Virus record (IMG/VR): IMGVR_UViG_3300044835_000075
Span: 1 to 64,000 of that record
Source: a virus
Direction: 5' to 3' (one strand)
Length of the DNA stretch: 64,000 nucleotides
The position numbers and the translations under genes were made by a program. The notes beneath the pieces are model-generated. The model saw nothing but the letters and a program-made list of their open reading frames with translations, searched no databases and was not told the DNA's origin. This document shows positions 26,163 to 36,086 of this stretch, piece after piece (positions within the stretch are counted from its first letter, which is position 1; each line of letters begins with the position of its first letter).

Positions 26163-26924
26163 GTGAACGACACGATCACCGCCCCCGCCGTCCCGAAGGA
26201 CCTGGAAACCCGCACCAACGCCAACGGCGTCGAGGTCATCTTCGAGGCCTGCGGCCGCTGCGGTGGCACCGGCGCCTTCGGCCCCATGGTCGTCTTCGGC
26301 GGGCAGTGCTTCGACTGCCAGGGAAAATGCGGCACCTGGGTCACTCTCGCCGACCACAACCGGCGCAAGCACAATCGCGAACTCGCCGCCGCCCGCCGGG
26401 CTCGCAAGGCCGCCGCGTTCGCCCAGGACGCCGCCGCGCGCCAGGCCGACCTGGTCGCCGCTCACCCGCTGCTGGCCGACATGTTCGCCGAGGGCCGCAA
26501 CTACGCGGGCATCGTCGGGGAGATGCGCGGTACCTTCGAGCGCCTGGGCAAGCTCACCGAAAAGCAGATCGCGTTCGCCGAAAAGTTGATCACCAGGGAG
26601 CGCGCGTTCGCCGAGTCGGAGGAGGTCAGGAAAGCCGCCAAAGTGGAGAAGATCGTCGCGTCGGGCCCGATCGGCGAAGTTGGCCAGCGCCGCGACTTCA
26701 CCGGCACTGTCCGATGGACCGGGCAGTACAGCAACGCTTTCAATGGCTACACGGTCGTCGTCTTCGAGACCGCCGAGGGCACCGTGAAGCTCACGCTTTC
26801 GCGGCTCGTCCGGTTTGAAAAGGATGCGACGATCACCTTCAAGGCGACGATCAAGGCGCACACGGAGTACGCCCGTGACGAATCGATCACCACCGAGGTC
26901 TTCCGCGCCAAGTTCGCGGACTGA
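26163..26924 (+). CDS. Protein with DnaJ-like CxxCxGxG motif and possible C-terminal OB fold
   Basis: CGRCGGTG..CFDCQG; promoter copy and SD. Confidence 0.65.
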   Translation: MNDTITAPAVPKDLETRTNANGVEVIFEACGRCGGTGAFGPMVVFGGQCFDCQGKCGTWVTLADHNRRKHNRELAAARRARKAAAFAQDAAARQADLVAAHPLLADMFAEGRNYAGIVGEMRGTFERLGKLTEKQIAFAEKLITRERAFAESEEVRKAAKVEKIVASGPIGEVGQRRDFTGTVRWTGQYSNAFNGYTVVVFETAEGTVKLTLSRLVRFEKDATITFKATIKAHTEYARDESITTEVFRAKFAD

Positions 26925-26988
26925 CCTTCCCCACGCACCCCGGCCGGGATCGCCCCGGCCGGGGCTTCCCCATAGAGAGGACCCCGCC

Positions 26989-27531
26989 ATGGGTTTCAGG
27001 GATTGGCTGCGCAAGAGAATCGGGACGTTCGACCAGCAGGTCGAGTCGCACAACGCGCCGGTGAGCGACCCCGCGTTCGACCGGCCGACCGAGGTCCGCG
27101 CGCGCGGATACGGCAAAAGCCAGGCACCGATCGGCCGTCAGTCCGCGTCGCCGCGCCAGCCGCGCCACCGGCTCGGAGAGCCGCCCGCGCGCCAGGCTCC
27201 GACACCGCGCACCCTGCGCCGGTTGCGGGACGAGGACGACGGCCTGGGCGGCCTGGACGTGTACGCCTCGCCGTTCGGCGTCTCCCCGTTCGGTGAGCCG
27301 TCGGCGTTCGGCGTCGGTTCGTGGACGGATCCGTTCTACTCGGAGCCGGAGCAGCCTGCCGCGCCGGTGGATCCGGCGCCGTCCAGTGACGGGCAGTGCT
27401 TCGCCGACAGCAGCGGCACCGTGGACACCGGCCCGGCGTACGACCCGCCGAGCTATGACCCGGGGCCGAGTTGCGACCCGTCGCCGAGCTACGACTCCTC
27501 GTCGGATTCGGGCAGCTACAGCGGCGAGTGA
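26989..27531 (+). CDS. Low-complexity hypothetical protein
   Basis: SD GAGG; Ser/Asp-rich tail. Confidence 0.5.
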   Translation: MGFRDWLRKRIGTFDQQVESHNAPVSDPAFDRPTEVRARGYGKSQAPIGRQSASPRQPRHRLGEPPARQAPTPRTLRRLRDEDDGLGGLDVYASPFGVSPFGEPSAFGVGSWTDPFYSEPEQPAAPVDPAPSSDGQCFADSSGTVDTGPAYDPPSYDPGPSCDPSPSYDSSSDSGSYSGE

Positions 27532-27596
27532 ACGCCGTTTACTGATCAGGGCCGGGCGGCCGCGACGGCGCCCGGCCCTTGCCGTACGATCCGTAG

Positions 27597-27626
27597 TTGA
27601 CAAGCCGCTCTGAACGTGGTTAGCTA
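27597..27626 (+). promoter_or_regulatory. Promoter/operator repeat, class B
   Basis: TTGACA AGCCG-N9-TGGTT AGCTA. Confidence 0.8.
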
Positions 27627-27668
27627 TCCATGTTCCGCACGACGACACGAACCCGAAGGGCCCCCGCC

Positions 27669-28358
27669 ATGACGACGCTCAAGATCTACACCGCCACCGA
27701 CCTCTACGTCTCCCACGACATCGTCGGCATGGTCGGACACGCCAGCATCGGCGCGACCGTCGGCTCCCACCAGGTTTTCGTGGCCGCCGAGTCCAAGGCC
27801 GCCGCCGCGTGCGCCATCGCCGACGCGACCATGAACCCCACCGCTGCGGGCACCGCGCGGAAGGTGCTCAGGATCGCCACCAACACCTACTCCAAAGTCC
27901 TCATCGCCGCCGGTCTGCTCAGTGACGCGGACGACGTCGTCATCATCCACCGCGATGGACACGGCAACGTCGTCCAGGCGAAGGGCCTGCCCGGCCGCGA
28001 CCCCGAGATCGTCGGCCGCTGGGACAGCCGCAGGGACGAGGACGGTTACCTCACTCGCACGCTCGTCACCCTCGACGGCACCGTGCGCGACCTGCCCGAC
28101 CTTGGCGCCAAAGCGTTCTACCTGAAAACGAAAGCGCAGGAAGCCGCCGAGCGCGCCGCCAAGCTGGCCCTGACCAACGCTATCGACCGGGTCACCGCCT
28201 ACGTCCAGGAGTACGAGCAGCGCGCGGCCGTGCACGGCACCACCCTCGACCCGGATTCGGTGCACGCGTTCGCCCCCGTCGACACCGGCCACAACGCCTT
28301 CATCGAACTGACCGTCACCGACCTGCGGGCCCTGCTGGCCGCCGCCCAGAAGGACTGA
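27669..28358 (+). CDS. Hypothetical protein
   Basis: Promoter copy; first gene of coupled operon. Confidence 0.7.
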   Translation: MTTLKIYTATDLYVSHDIVGMVGHASIGATVGSHQVFVAAESKAAAACAIADATMNPTAAGTARKVLRIATNTYSKVLIAAGLLSDADDVVIIHRDGHGNVVQAKGLPGRDPEIVGRWDSRRDEDGYLTRTLVTLDGTVRDLPDLGAKAFYLKTKAQEAAERAAKLALTNAIDRVTAYVQEYEQRAAVHGTTLDPDSVHAFAPVDTGHNAFIELTVTDLRALLAAAQKD

Positions 28359-28363
28359 AAGCC

Positions 28364-28681
28364 GTGCGCGTCAGCGTGTTCAACGGCGAGGAATGGGTCG
28401 AGATCCCGCCCTTCGCCCAAGCCGCCGAACTTGCACTGGTCGTCGCCAGCAGCGAACACCCGCCCGGGTGGAACGTCATCGGCGCCGACCAGCGCGAGTT
28501 CGACCGCATCGCGGCCGCGCTCTCGGAACTATCTCCCGGGCAGCTCAAGACCGTGGCCACCGCCGCGCACATCCTCGAATACACCGCCGAGAAGCTCGCA
28601 GCCGAGAAGCACCACGCCGAGATGGGCGCCGGACTTGCCGAGATCCTCGCAGAACGCCGAGCGAAAGGTTTAGACCAGTGA
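28364..28681 (+). CDS. Hypothetical protein
   Basis: Operon coupling. Confidence 0.6.
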   Translation: MRVSVFNGEEWVEIPPFAQAAELALVVASSEHPPGWNVIGADQREFDRIAAALSELSPGQLKTVATAAHILEYTAEKLAAEKHHAEMGAGLAEILAERRAKGLDQ

Positions 28682-29325
28682 GCAGGCACTTCCCCAAGGT
28701 CCGCATCTCCCCCGACGGCAAGATCGCCGCCGTCCACGACGGCACCGACCACCCTTACCCGTGGGACGGCACCAGCGCCGAGAACTACAGCGACGCCGGA
28801 GTCGCCAATTGGCTGCCCGCGTTCGGCTCACCCGTTCACGGCGACGAGGGCGGCCCGGTCGCCGCCGCCGCCGGTCACGCCTTCGATGCCTGGGCGGCCG
28901 TCTACCCGCCGAGCACCGGCAACGGTGAGCCGGACATGGGCAAGGTCCGCGCTGTGCTCGCCGGTCTGCCGCCCGCTGATCTCGAACTGTTCGCGCTGGC
29001 CATGTCCGACGCGAAAGACATCGCCTGGGACCTGCGCAAAGAGAAGCTGATCGCCGAGATGAAAGTCGAGCGCGAATCGAAGTTGATCATCGCCGAGGTG
29101 ACCGTCAACGCCAAAGGCCAGGTCACCGACTTCAGCACCGTCACCGTGCACGGCGTATCCGAACCGCTGCCCCTGGTGTCCGACAACGGCATCCGCATGG
29201 CCGCCGTCCGGATCGGCCAAGCACTGGCGAAACTCGGCTACCGGGCAGTGCCGTCCGCCCCCACCGTCGACAACGTCGACGGCTCCGGCGTTTACCGCAT
29301 GGCCGTCGAGGCACTCGATGCCTGA
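28678..29325 (+). CDS. Hypothetical protein
   Basis: GTGA coupling. Confidence 0.6.
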   Translation: MSRHFPKVRISPDGKIAAVHDGTDHPYPWDGTSAENYSDAGVANWLPAFGSPVHGDEGGPVAAAAGHAFDAWAAVYPPSTGNGEPDMGKVRAVLAGLPPADLELFALAMSDAKDIAWDLRKEKLIAEMKVERESKLIIAEVTVNAKGQVTDFSTVTVHGVSEPLPLVSDNGIRMAAVRIGQALAKLGYRAVPSAPTVDNVDGSGVYRMAVEALDA

Positions 29326-29956
29326 ATCCGTGGTGATGATCCGTCTGTCCTGCCAATTCCGGCCATGCAGGCACACTTTCGACCTACCCGACGACGTGTT
29401 CGACGCCCCAGACTTCGCCGAGCGGTCATGCTGCCCGCAGTGCGGCGGCAACCGCGTCACTCTCGCCGACATCCAGCCGCGTCCGGCACTGTGGTGGTCC
29501 GAAACCTACGGCCTGATCACCCAGCAGGCCCGTCGTCACGGACTCGACTCGCGACACCTCACCTGGCACGAAGCTGGAATCGGCGTACGGATCCTCGCCC
29601 AACTGCCCACCGACGCCATCGCGCTGGCACCGATCCCCGCCCGGCACGACGCCGAGCGGATCGTGCGTGACGAGTACTCGATGGTGTTCGAGAACTCCCA
29701 CAGGACACGGGGCGACCACGATCGGGCGATCCGGCACGCCGTGAGCGTGCTCTACGGCGCCGCCCCGCCGCTCGAACACGGACCGTTGCAGCAGTGGACC
29801 GTGCGGCACCCCGATGTCGACCCGGTCGCGCACTGCTCGCTGGCGTCGGCGGAGTTCACTCTCTCGCAACTGCCCGGCGGGAAGATCCTCACCCGCACCA
29901 GGAAATCCGCAAGCGACCCGTGGCCGGACTGGCCCACGACCGAAGGAGAGTCATGA
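29318..29956 (+). CDS. Hypothetical protein with N-terminal Zn ribbon
   Basis: C..PC.H..CPQCG. Confidence 0.6.
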   Translation: MPESVVMIRLSCQFRPCRHTFDLPDDVFDAPDFAERSCCPQCGGNRVTLADIQPRPALWWSETYGLITQQARRHGLDSRHLTWHEAGIGVRILAQLPTDAIALAPIPARHDAERIVRDEYSMVFENSHRTRGDHDRAIRHAVSVLYGAAPPLEHGPLQQWTVRHPDVDPVAHCSLASAEFTLSQLPGGKILTRTRKSASDPWPDWPTTEGES

Positions 29957-30507
29957 CCTTGACCGAAGCGGGCGCGGAGGTGCTCGACCTCGCGAAGGCG
30001 GCCGCCGAGCGCGGCGGGCACGACGATGACGTGGCGACGCTGGCGCTGCGCAACGCCGTCGAGGCGAAGTTCTTCCCGTCGGAGGCGGGCAAGCTCGCCG
30101 CCGCCGCTGAGCTGCTCGCCAAGGTGGCCCGGTCCATCGCCAGCAGCGAACCGCCGCCGCCCGGCTCTGCGGACCGCCAGCGCGCCGCTGACCGGCTCAC
30201 GGCCTACCTCGACGAGTACGAGGAGCACGCCAGCGGCTCGGAGGTTCTCGATCCGGGCACGATGCAGATGCTCCCGGACCTTGATCCGATCCGGCTCCCC
30301 GACCTGCGCCTGCTGACCGAGGCCGCGCCGCCGCTGGACCCGAAGTGGTCGGCGCCGCTGGCGTCCGCCGCCGGGTGCGTCGTGATCGTGGTGAGCGACC
30401 AGGACACAGGCGTGCTCTACGCGTCCAGCAGCGAGGACAAAGTCGCCGACTTCCGGCTCGACCACGGTCGCAAGACCGACGTCACGCACATCGTGGTGGA
30501 CGGATGA
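29953..30507 (+). CDS. Hypothetical protein
   Basis: SD AAGGAG; ATGA coupling. Confidence 0.6.
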   Translation: MTLTEAGAEVLDLAKAAAERGGHDDDVATLALRNAVEAKFFPSEAGKLAAAAELLAKVARSIASSEPPPPGSADRQRAADRLTAYLDEYEEHASGSEVLDPGTMQMLPDLDPIRLPDLRLLTEAAPPLDPKWSAPLASAAGCVVIVVSDQDTGVLYASSSEDKVADFRLDHGRKTDVTHIVVDG

Positions 30508-31229
30508 ACGCGCCGGACGCCGACGAGACGGTGTATCTCGCACTCAACCGGGCCAACTTCGCCGAGTTGACCGAGGCGACACGCAACTACCTGGACTCGA
30601 ACGCCGATCCGGAGGCGTTGCTGCGCCGGTGGTTGTCGATCCAGGCAGCGAGCACTGAACTTGCCGTGACGCCGGGGTCCACAAAGGACTCACAGGCCGA
30701 AATCACGGGGCTGCTCAAGGCGATCGAGAAACTGCAACACCTCGTCGAGGGTCCCGAAACACGTCACGTGACGTGGACCGGACCGGATGGCGCGACGATT
30801 CACCCGACGTGGTGCCGGGAGTGCCGGGTCACTCGGATCATGAATGGTGTCCAGCTGGCGCTGGCCGAACTGCGGAAGCACACTGACCGGCCGCAGTGGG
30901 AGTCGCAGCCTGAGACGGCGAACATCTGCCGCCGCGTCGAGCGGTATCTGACGAGCTTCAATCAGCAGCCCGGTCCGGTCGAGCCGGAGAACGTCGGATT
31001 GAGTGAGATTCGTGCGCTGATCGGTTCCCGGGTAAAGGTCGGCAAGGGCTACGACGACAAATACCCATGGATTCCGACCATCGAAGCGGTGCATGAACTG
31101 CTGGGTGTCATGGACGCCATGGACAGGACGATCAAACGTCGGGGGGCGTGGCGACTGGCTGCTGAACGGAAGCTCGCCATGCTCGGACACCCGATGACGG
31201 ACGCGGACAGGAAGAAGTACTCGTCATGA
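30504..31229 (+). CDS. Hypothetical protein
   Basis: ATGA coupling. Confidence 0.6.
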   Translation: MNAPDADETVYLALNRANFAELTEATRNYLDSNADPEALLRRWLSIQAASTELAVTPGSTKDSQAEITGLLKAIEKLQHLVEGPETRHVTWTGPDGATIHPTWCRECRVTRIMNGVQLALAELRKHTDRPQWESQPETANICRRVERYLTSFNQQPGPVEPENVGLSEIRALIGSRVKVGKGYDDKYPWIPTIEAVHELLGVMDAMDRTIKRRGAWRLAAERKLAMLGHPMTDADRKKYSS

Positions 31230-31480
31230 TTTTTGGTAAGCGCAAGGTCAAGGTTGAGCCGGTGTCGGTGCTTGTCGATGCTCCTGGGCTGGTGAAGTTG
31301 ATCAAAGCTGTGTGGGATTCGTCGTCGCATTTGTCGGAACTCTCACGCGGCAAGGTGTTCCTCATCCGGCCGTCGATGCAGGATGAGGGCTACTGGGTGG
31401 TGAACTTGTCCAGTTGGCAGGTCAAGGGGTTGATGGCGATGGTGCCGGAGATCAGTATCAAGGACCGTTTCGGCGCCTAG
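31226..31480 (+). CDS. Hypothetical protein
   Basis: ATGA coupling; lower GC. Confidence 0.55.
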   Translation: MIFGKRKVKVEPVSVLVDAPGLVKLIKAVWDSSSHLSELSRGKVFLIRPSMQDEGYWVVNLSSWQVKGLMAMVPEISIKDRFGA

Positions 31481-31486
31481 GTCAGT

Positions 31487-31516
31487 TTGACTAGCCGGTG
31501 TGGACATGGTTTAATA
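31487..31516 (+). promoter_or_regulatory. Promoter/operator repeat, class B
   Basis: TTGACT AGCCG-N9-TGGTT TAATA. Confidence 0.8.
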
Positions 31517-31560
31517 ACCGTGTTCCGCACCGGCTTTCGCCACCAACAGAAAGAGAAGTC

Positions 31561-31830
31561 GTGAATCCCAAAGAGGCCGTCGGACTCGTGTTCGTCGCCA
31601 TTCTGGCGCTGTCTTTAGTCATCGGATTGGTATACCTCGCGATCTCCCGCAACGCGGGTATTCGGCGCAAGGAATATCACGCGATGCTCGATGAACGAGA
31701 CGTTGTACTGGACGCTCTCTACTCCATCGAAAAAGAATGCGACGACAACCCCGGTGACATGTTTGTCATCGGGACACTCCGACCCATTATCCGTGATTAC
31801 AAAGAGAAGCGAAGGGCACTCCGCATATGA
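31561..31830 (+). CDS. Single-TM membrane protein
   Basis: N-terminal TM; promoter copy. Confidence 0.6.
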   Translation: MNPKEAVGLVFVAILALSLVIGLVYLAISRNAGIRRKEYHAMLDERDVVLDALYSIEKECDDNPGDMFVIGTLRPIIRDYKEKRRALRI

Positions 31831-32729
31831 ACCGTAAGCGCACCGTCGGAATCGCCGCACTGGCATTGGCGACCCTCACCGTCGTCACCGGCTGCTCGGT
31901 CGGCAACACCACCGCCAGCGAGGTCGCACTCCAGTACGGCGGCGGCCCGTTCGACTCCAAGGCGTTCGTGCAGTGCATCGGCGAAGGGCAGCACACCTTC
32001 AACGATGTCAACGACGTGCACTACTACTACCCCGCCGGGCAGCGCGATTTCACCTTCTCCCCCGACAAGAGCGCCGACTCGGCGCCGCTGACCTCGACCA
32101 CGAGCGACGCGCAGGAAGTCCAGGTGACCGGCACGGTCAAGTTCACCCTGAACACCAGCTGCGCCGACTTCAAGGACTCGACCGGCAAGGACTGGCCGGG
32201 TGGCCATTTGCAGATGTTCCACGAGCTGATCGCCAGCAAGTACAACGCCGCGCCGACCGACGGCGGGCAGAACATGAACGACGGCTGGGACACGCTGCTG
32301 CGGAACTACCTCGGGGCGGCAGTCGACCGGGCCACGGACAACGAGGCGCTCAAGTACACCTGGGAAGACCTCTACACGAACACCGCGAAAAAGGCCCAGT
32401 GGGAGAAGGACGTGCTCGGCCAGCTGCCGAGCATCCTCAAGACCCTGACTCAGGGCGAGGACATGCTCACGATCAACGCGGTGCTCTTGCAGAAGCCCGG
32501 GATCTCTCCGGCGTTGCAGTCCGGGCTGACCGACAAGCAGGCTGCCGAGTTGCGCAGTCAGGCCGCCGACGTCGACAAGCAGGCCGCGCAGAGCTTCCCC
32601 GGCGGCATCGTGGGCTACCAGGCCTACCAGCAGCAGCAGGCGCTCAACCAGGCCATCAAGGATGGCAAGGTGCCGATCATCCCGGTTCCAATGGGGTCTG
32701 GCCTGAACATCCAGGTGCCGAACAAGTAG
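31827..32729 (+). CDS. SPFH/Band-7-like lipoprotein
   Basis: Lipobox VTGC; VALQYGGGPF, YYYPAGQR, KYTWEDLY, C-terminal coiled coil. Confidence 0.7.
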   Translation: MNRKRTVGIAALALATLTVVTGCSVGNTTASEVALQYGGGPFDSKAFVQCIGEGQHTFNDVNDVHYYYPAGQRDFTFSPDKSADSAPLTSTTSDAQEVQVTGTVKFTLNTSCADFKDSTGKDWPGGHLQMFHELIASKYNAAPTDGGQNMNDGWDTLLRNYLGAAVDRATDNEALKYTWEDLYTNTAKKAQWEKDVLGQLPSILKTLTQGEDMLTINAVLLQKPGISPALQSGLTDKQAAELRSQAADVDKQAAQSFPGGIVGYQAYQQQQALNQAIKDGKVPIIPVPMGSGLNIQVPNK

Positions 32730-32790
32730 TACCCGAGTGAAGCGCGGCCCGGCCGGGAATCTCCTGGTCGGGCCGTTCTCGGTTCCGAGG

Positions 32791-32820
32791 TTGACTAGCC
32801 GCTGCGAGCGTGGTTTACTT
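32791..32820 (+). promoter_or_regulatory. Promoter/operator repeat, class B
   Basis: TTGACT AGCCG-N9-TGGTT TACTT. Confidence 0.8.
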
Positions 32821-32848
32821 ACGTGGTTCCCGGAGAAAGGGGCACGCG

Positions 32849-33043
32849 ATGGAAGACGAGTGGACCCGCGACCCGGACGGGAGCTACGTCAACGCCACCA
32901 AGTGGCGGATCAAGCTGATCGGCCGCGACTGCTGGCAGATCACCCGGCCCAACGGCTTCCGCGCCGACGCCTACGTCTACCCCACCCTGGCCGCCGCACA
33001 AGCCCGCGTCACCACCGTCTACGCCGTCCAGAACGTCGCCTAG
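32849..33043 (+). CDS. Hypothetical protein
   Basis: Promoter copy and SD. Confidence 0.6.
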   Translation: MEDEWTRDPDGSYVNATKWRIKLIGRDCWQITRPNGFRADAYVYPTLAAAQARVTTVYAVQNVA

Positions 33044-33056
33044 AAAGGACCACGTC

Positions 33057-33347
33057 GTGAGCAAATCCCTGGCGTACACCAAAAACCGGCACCTCGTGCT
33101 CCGCAAACTCGCCAATGAGGGTGCGACCCTGCAACGCAACGGCGCGCTTGAGCCGAGCTGGCTCGACCGCAAAATGAGCTTCCACAACAAGAACTTCACC
33201 AACACCGCGCACGACCTCGAAGTCGCCGGACTGCTGGTCTTCCCGCAGCGTGCGATGTACGGGCTGAGCCTCGGCAAGCCGAAGCTCTCCGAGGCCGGTT
33301 CGGCGCTGCTGGCGAAGTGGGACGCTGCCCGACCGTTAGTTGACTAG
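33057..33347 (+). CDS. Hypothetical protein (possible wHTH)
   Basis: SD AAGGA; LEVAGLL..LSEAG. Confidence 0.55.
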   Translation: MSKSLAYTKNRHLVLRKLANEGATLQRNGALEPSWLDRKMSFHNKNFTNTAHDLEVAGLLVFPQRAMYGLSLGKPKLSEAGSALLAKWDAARPLVD

Positions 33348-33369
33348 CCGCGCCCAGCGTGGTTTAATT
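33340..33369 (+). promoter_or_regulatory. Promoter/operator repeat, class B
   Basis: TTGACT AGCCG-N9-TGGTT TAATT. Confidence 0.8.
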
Positions 33370-33374
33370 ACCGA

Positions 33375-33569
33375 ATGAACTTCTCCCCGCGCCACCGCCG
33401 GTCCCTCTACCGCCTCGCCGCCGTCTCGTTCCTGCTGGCCGCTCTGCTCTGCTTCGCAGGCTGGGTGATCCACGGTCACGACCTGTACAGGCTGGTCGCG
33501 GCCGTCCTGTTCGTCATCAGCGCCCTCGGCACCAACCGGGCCGCCAAGGCCTCGCCCCAGGTCAAGTGA
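33375..33569 (+). CDS. Small two-TM protein (leaderless)
   Basis: ATG 10 nt after promoter dyad. Confidence 0.6.
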   Translation: MNFSPRHRRSLYRLAAVSFLLAALLCFAGWVIHGHDLYRLVAAVLFVISALGTNRAAKASPQVK

Positions 33570-33730
33570 GGATCACGCGGCGCCTGCTCTGGCGCCACGC
33601 GACCGTCACCGTCCTCGTGCTCGCCCTCCTGTCCGCGCTCGCCGCGACCGGCGGGCACCCGATCTACGCCGGACTCGCCGTCGCGTTCGGCATCCTCACC
33701 ATCACCTTCGGAAGGAGGGCGTTTCGATGA
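33566..33730 (+). CDS. Small two-TM protein
   Basis: Coupled at both ends (GTGA/ATGA). Confidence 0.5.
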   Translation: MRITRRLLWRHATVTVLVLALLSALAATGGHPIYAGLAVAFGILTITFGRRAFR

Positions 33731-34608
33731 CACTCACCGATGTCGGCATGTACTTCCTCGACAAGAGGGTCGAGCGCCACCGCCTCGTGACCGTGGCCGA
33801 CTCCGCGCCGGTCCGGCTGCGCAGCGGCCGGGGCAAGAGCGAGAAAGTCCACGTCGTCCCCGCCGAAGAGCAGGAAGGCGATACGTGCTCCGCGCTGTGC
33901 GGCGGCAGGACCGAACGCCAGAACTACCCGCCAGTAGTGAAACCGTGGCGCTGGACCAGCGACGACGTCGATTGCGGTGCCTGCCTGAAAGTCATCCGGG
34001 ATGCCGTCGGCCGGGGCAAGATCGCCTTTGCCACCGACGAGATGATGACCACGCGCCGCAAAGAGGCCGTCGACGCGATGTACGCCCGCCTGCGAGAGAT
34101 CTCGCCGGTCGTCCCCAGCGACATGCTGGGCCGCCTCGCAGCATCTCGGCGCCCCGCTCGCGTCGGCACTTCCGGCGCGACGTGCGTCCATCTGGTCGAG
34201 CACGCCGAATGTGGCCGGTCGGCGTGCGGGGTGCGGCCGGATCGCGGCGGAAACCAGTGGCGATGGACTGATGAGGGCCTGTCGTGCGCGAACTGCCTGT
34301 ACTTCCTGGTCGCCGACCTGTCCGACAAGGCTCGCCGCGCCGCCCTGGTCCGTACTCGTGGGGTGATCCCGTCCGGTACCGGCGGTTCGTTCGCCGCGAA
34401 CGGCGCCAGTGAGGCAGCCGGTGACGCCTGGTATGCCGCCGGGTGTCCGTCGGTGGCGTCGATGGCGCTGGAAGAGCTGAAGCCCCGGGAGCACTACCCG
34501 CAATGCGTGCTCGACGGCAACCCGTACCGGCTCGATCTGGCCACCGCGCGGTGCTCTTGCTATGACGATGACGAGCAGGACGAGGTCGACACCGACGTCG
34601 AACCGTGA
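33727..34608 (+). CDS. Protein with duplicated H..CG..WRWT..CxxCL metal-binding module
   Basis: Internal repeat; SD GGAGG. Confidence 0.6.
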   Translation: MTLTDVGMYFLDKRVERHRLVTVADSAPVRLRSGRGKSEKVHVVPAEEQEGDTCSALCGGRTERQNYPPVVKPWRWTSDDVDCGACLKVIRDAVGRGKIAFATDEMMTTRRKEAVDAMYARLREISPVVPSDMLGRLAASRRPARVGTSGATCVHLVEHAECGRSACGVRPDRGGNQWRWTDEGLSCANCLYFLVADLSDKARRAALVRTRGVIPSGTGGSFAANGASEAAGDAWYAAGCPSVASMALEELKPREHYPQCVLDGNPYRLDLATARCSCYDDDEQDEVDTDVEP

Positions 34609-34638
34609 TTGACAATCCGCCCTCACAATGGTTAGATA
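34609..34638 (+). promoter_or_regulatory. Promoter/operator repeat, class B
   Basis: TTGACA ATCCG-N9-TGGTT AGATA. Confidence 0.75.
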
Positions 34639-34705
34639 ACCGGCGAACCCCCTGTTTCTCCGCCGCGTTCGCGGCCGGAGTTTCCCCGAAAAAAGGACAC
34701 CCGCA

Positions 34706-35434
34706 ATGCGCCCTGTTCGCCTGATCGCGGCCACCCTGGCCGCCTTCCTCCTCGCGGTCCTCGCGCTGGCGCTCCCCGCCACCGCGACGGCCGCCACCGC
34801 GCCGGTCTGCTCGCCGACCGCCGTCGTGGCCACCTTCCACACCGCCGTCTCCGCCGACCAGGACAGCGGCAACCACGGCGATTGGGCCGTCGACGCGTTC
34901 GTCCGCACCACCGAGATCTACAACCTCTGCGACGGCACCTACCGCGTCAACGTCTCCGACTCCGGCGCCTTCACCACCAAAGCCGGTGCCCTGTCGCCGA
35001 CCGCCGGTCTCCCGCTGCCCTCGACCCCGGTCGTCGGCAAGTTCGCGGGCACCGACACGTTCCTCGTCACCAGCGAAACCGCACCCGTCCTCACCGCACC
35101 GGCCGCCGTCGTCGGCAGCCCGAGCACCTCGACGTGGCCGAGCCGGTTCTTCGCCGGTAACAACGGTGTCGGTGGCGCGTGGGGCTGGACGTACACCACC
35201 GCGTGCGAGAAGTGGGTCAACGCTGCCAGCGGGAACACCGGTGACATCACCGGCAAGGTCTGCCCGACCAAGCCCGCGCCGCCGACCAGCACCACCCCGG
35301 CGCCGCCGACGACCGTGACGAAGCCCGCCCCGGCGCCGGTGACGAAGGTCGTCACCGTCACCAACCCGGGTCAGTTCGCCACGGTCCCGAACGTCGCCAA
35401 GGGCGTCGACACCGGTGACGGCTCGCTCGCATGA
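34706..35434 (+). CDS. Secreted protein, putative class F sortase substrate
   Basis: Sec signal, Pro/Thr linker, C-terminal VPNVAKGVDTGDGSLA; ATGA-coupled to sortase. Confidence 0.7.
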   Translation: MRPVRLIAATLAAFLLAVLALALPATATAATAPVCSPTAVVATFHTAVSADQDSGNHGDWAVDAFVRTTEIYNLCDGTYRVNVSDSGAFTTKAGALSPTAGLPLPSTPVVGKFAGTDTFLVTSETAPVLTAPAAVVGSPSTSTWPSRFFAGNNGVGGAWGWTYTTACEKWVNAASGNTGDITGKVCPTKPAPPTSTTPAPPTTVTKPAPAPVTKVVTVTNPGQFATVPNVAKGVDTGDGSLA

Positions 35435-36030
35435 GTAAGCGGCTGATCGCCCTCATCGCGGTCGGCCTGGTAACCCTGGTCGGGTGCGGCACCACTGCCG
35501 CGCCCGACCGGGCCCCGGTGCCCGACCAGGCTGCGCCCGTCGCCGCTCCCGCCACTCCCGCAGTCACACCCGCGTACACCGTGGACGTGCCGCCGTCGCA
35601 CCTGTCGATCCCGAGCATCGGGGCCGAGTCGAGTTTCGTGCCGGTTGGCACGAACGCCGACGGCAGTCTCGCGGTCCCGTCGGTGCACACCCCGAAGCAA
35701 GCGGCGTGGTTCGAGCCGGGCCCTGAGCCCGGCCAGAACGGCCCGGCCGTGATCGTCGGACACATCGACGGCGACCACATCGAAGGCGTCTTCTGGAAGC
35801 TCAAGGACGTGAAGGACGGCGACGCGGTGAACGTCACCCGCGCCGACGGCAAGGCGCTGCACTTCGTGGTCTACCGCACTGAGCTGGTTGCGAAGGACGC
35901 CTTCCCGGCGTCCGACGTGTTCGGCTACGCGGCCGACCCTGAGTTGCGGTTGATCACGTGCGGCGGGTCGTTCGACGCGGCCGCGCATTCGTATCGTGGG
36001 AACACGATCGTCTTCGCGAAGCTCGTCTAG
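35431..36030 (+). CDS. Class F sortase (lipoprotein)
   Basis: PG..GPAVIVGHID, LRLITCGGSFD, YRGNTIVFA; lipobox LVGC. Confidence 0.9.
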   Translation: MSKRLIALIAVGLVTLVGCGTTAAPDRAPVPDQAAPVAAPATPAVTPAYTVDVPPSHLSIPSIGAESSFVPVGTNADGSLAVPSVHTPKQAAWFEPGPEPGQNGPAVIVGHIDGDHIEGVFWKLKDVKDGDAVNVTRADGKALHFVVYRTELVAKDAFPASDVFGYAADPELRLITCGGSFDAAAHSYRGNTIVFAKLV

Positions 36031-36086
36031 CGTCTGCGCTAGAAAGCCCCTGACCTGCTGGTCGGGGGCTTTCTCCGGTCCCGGGG

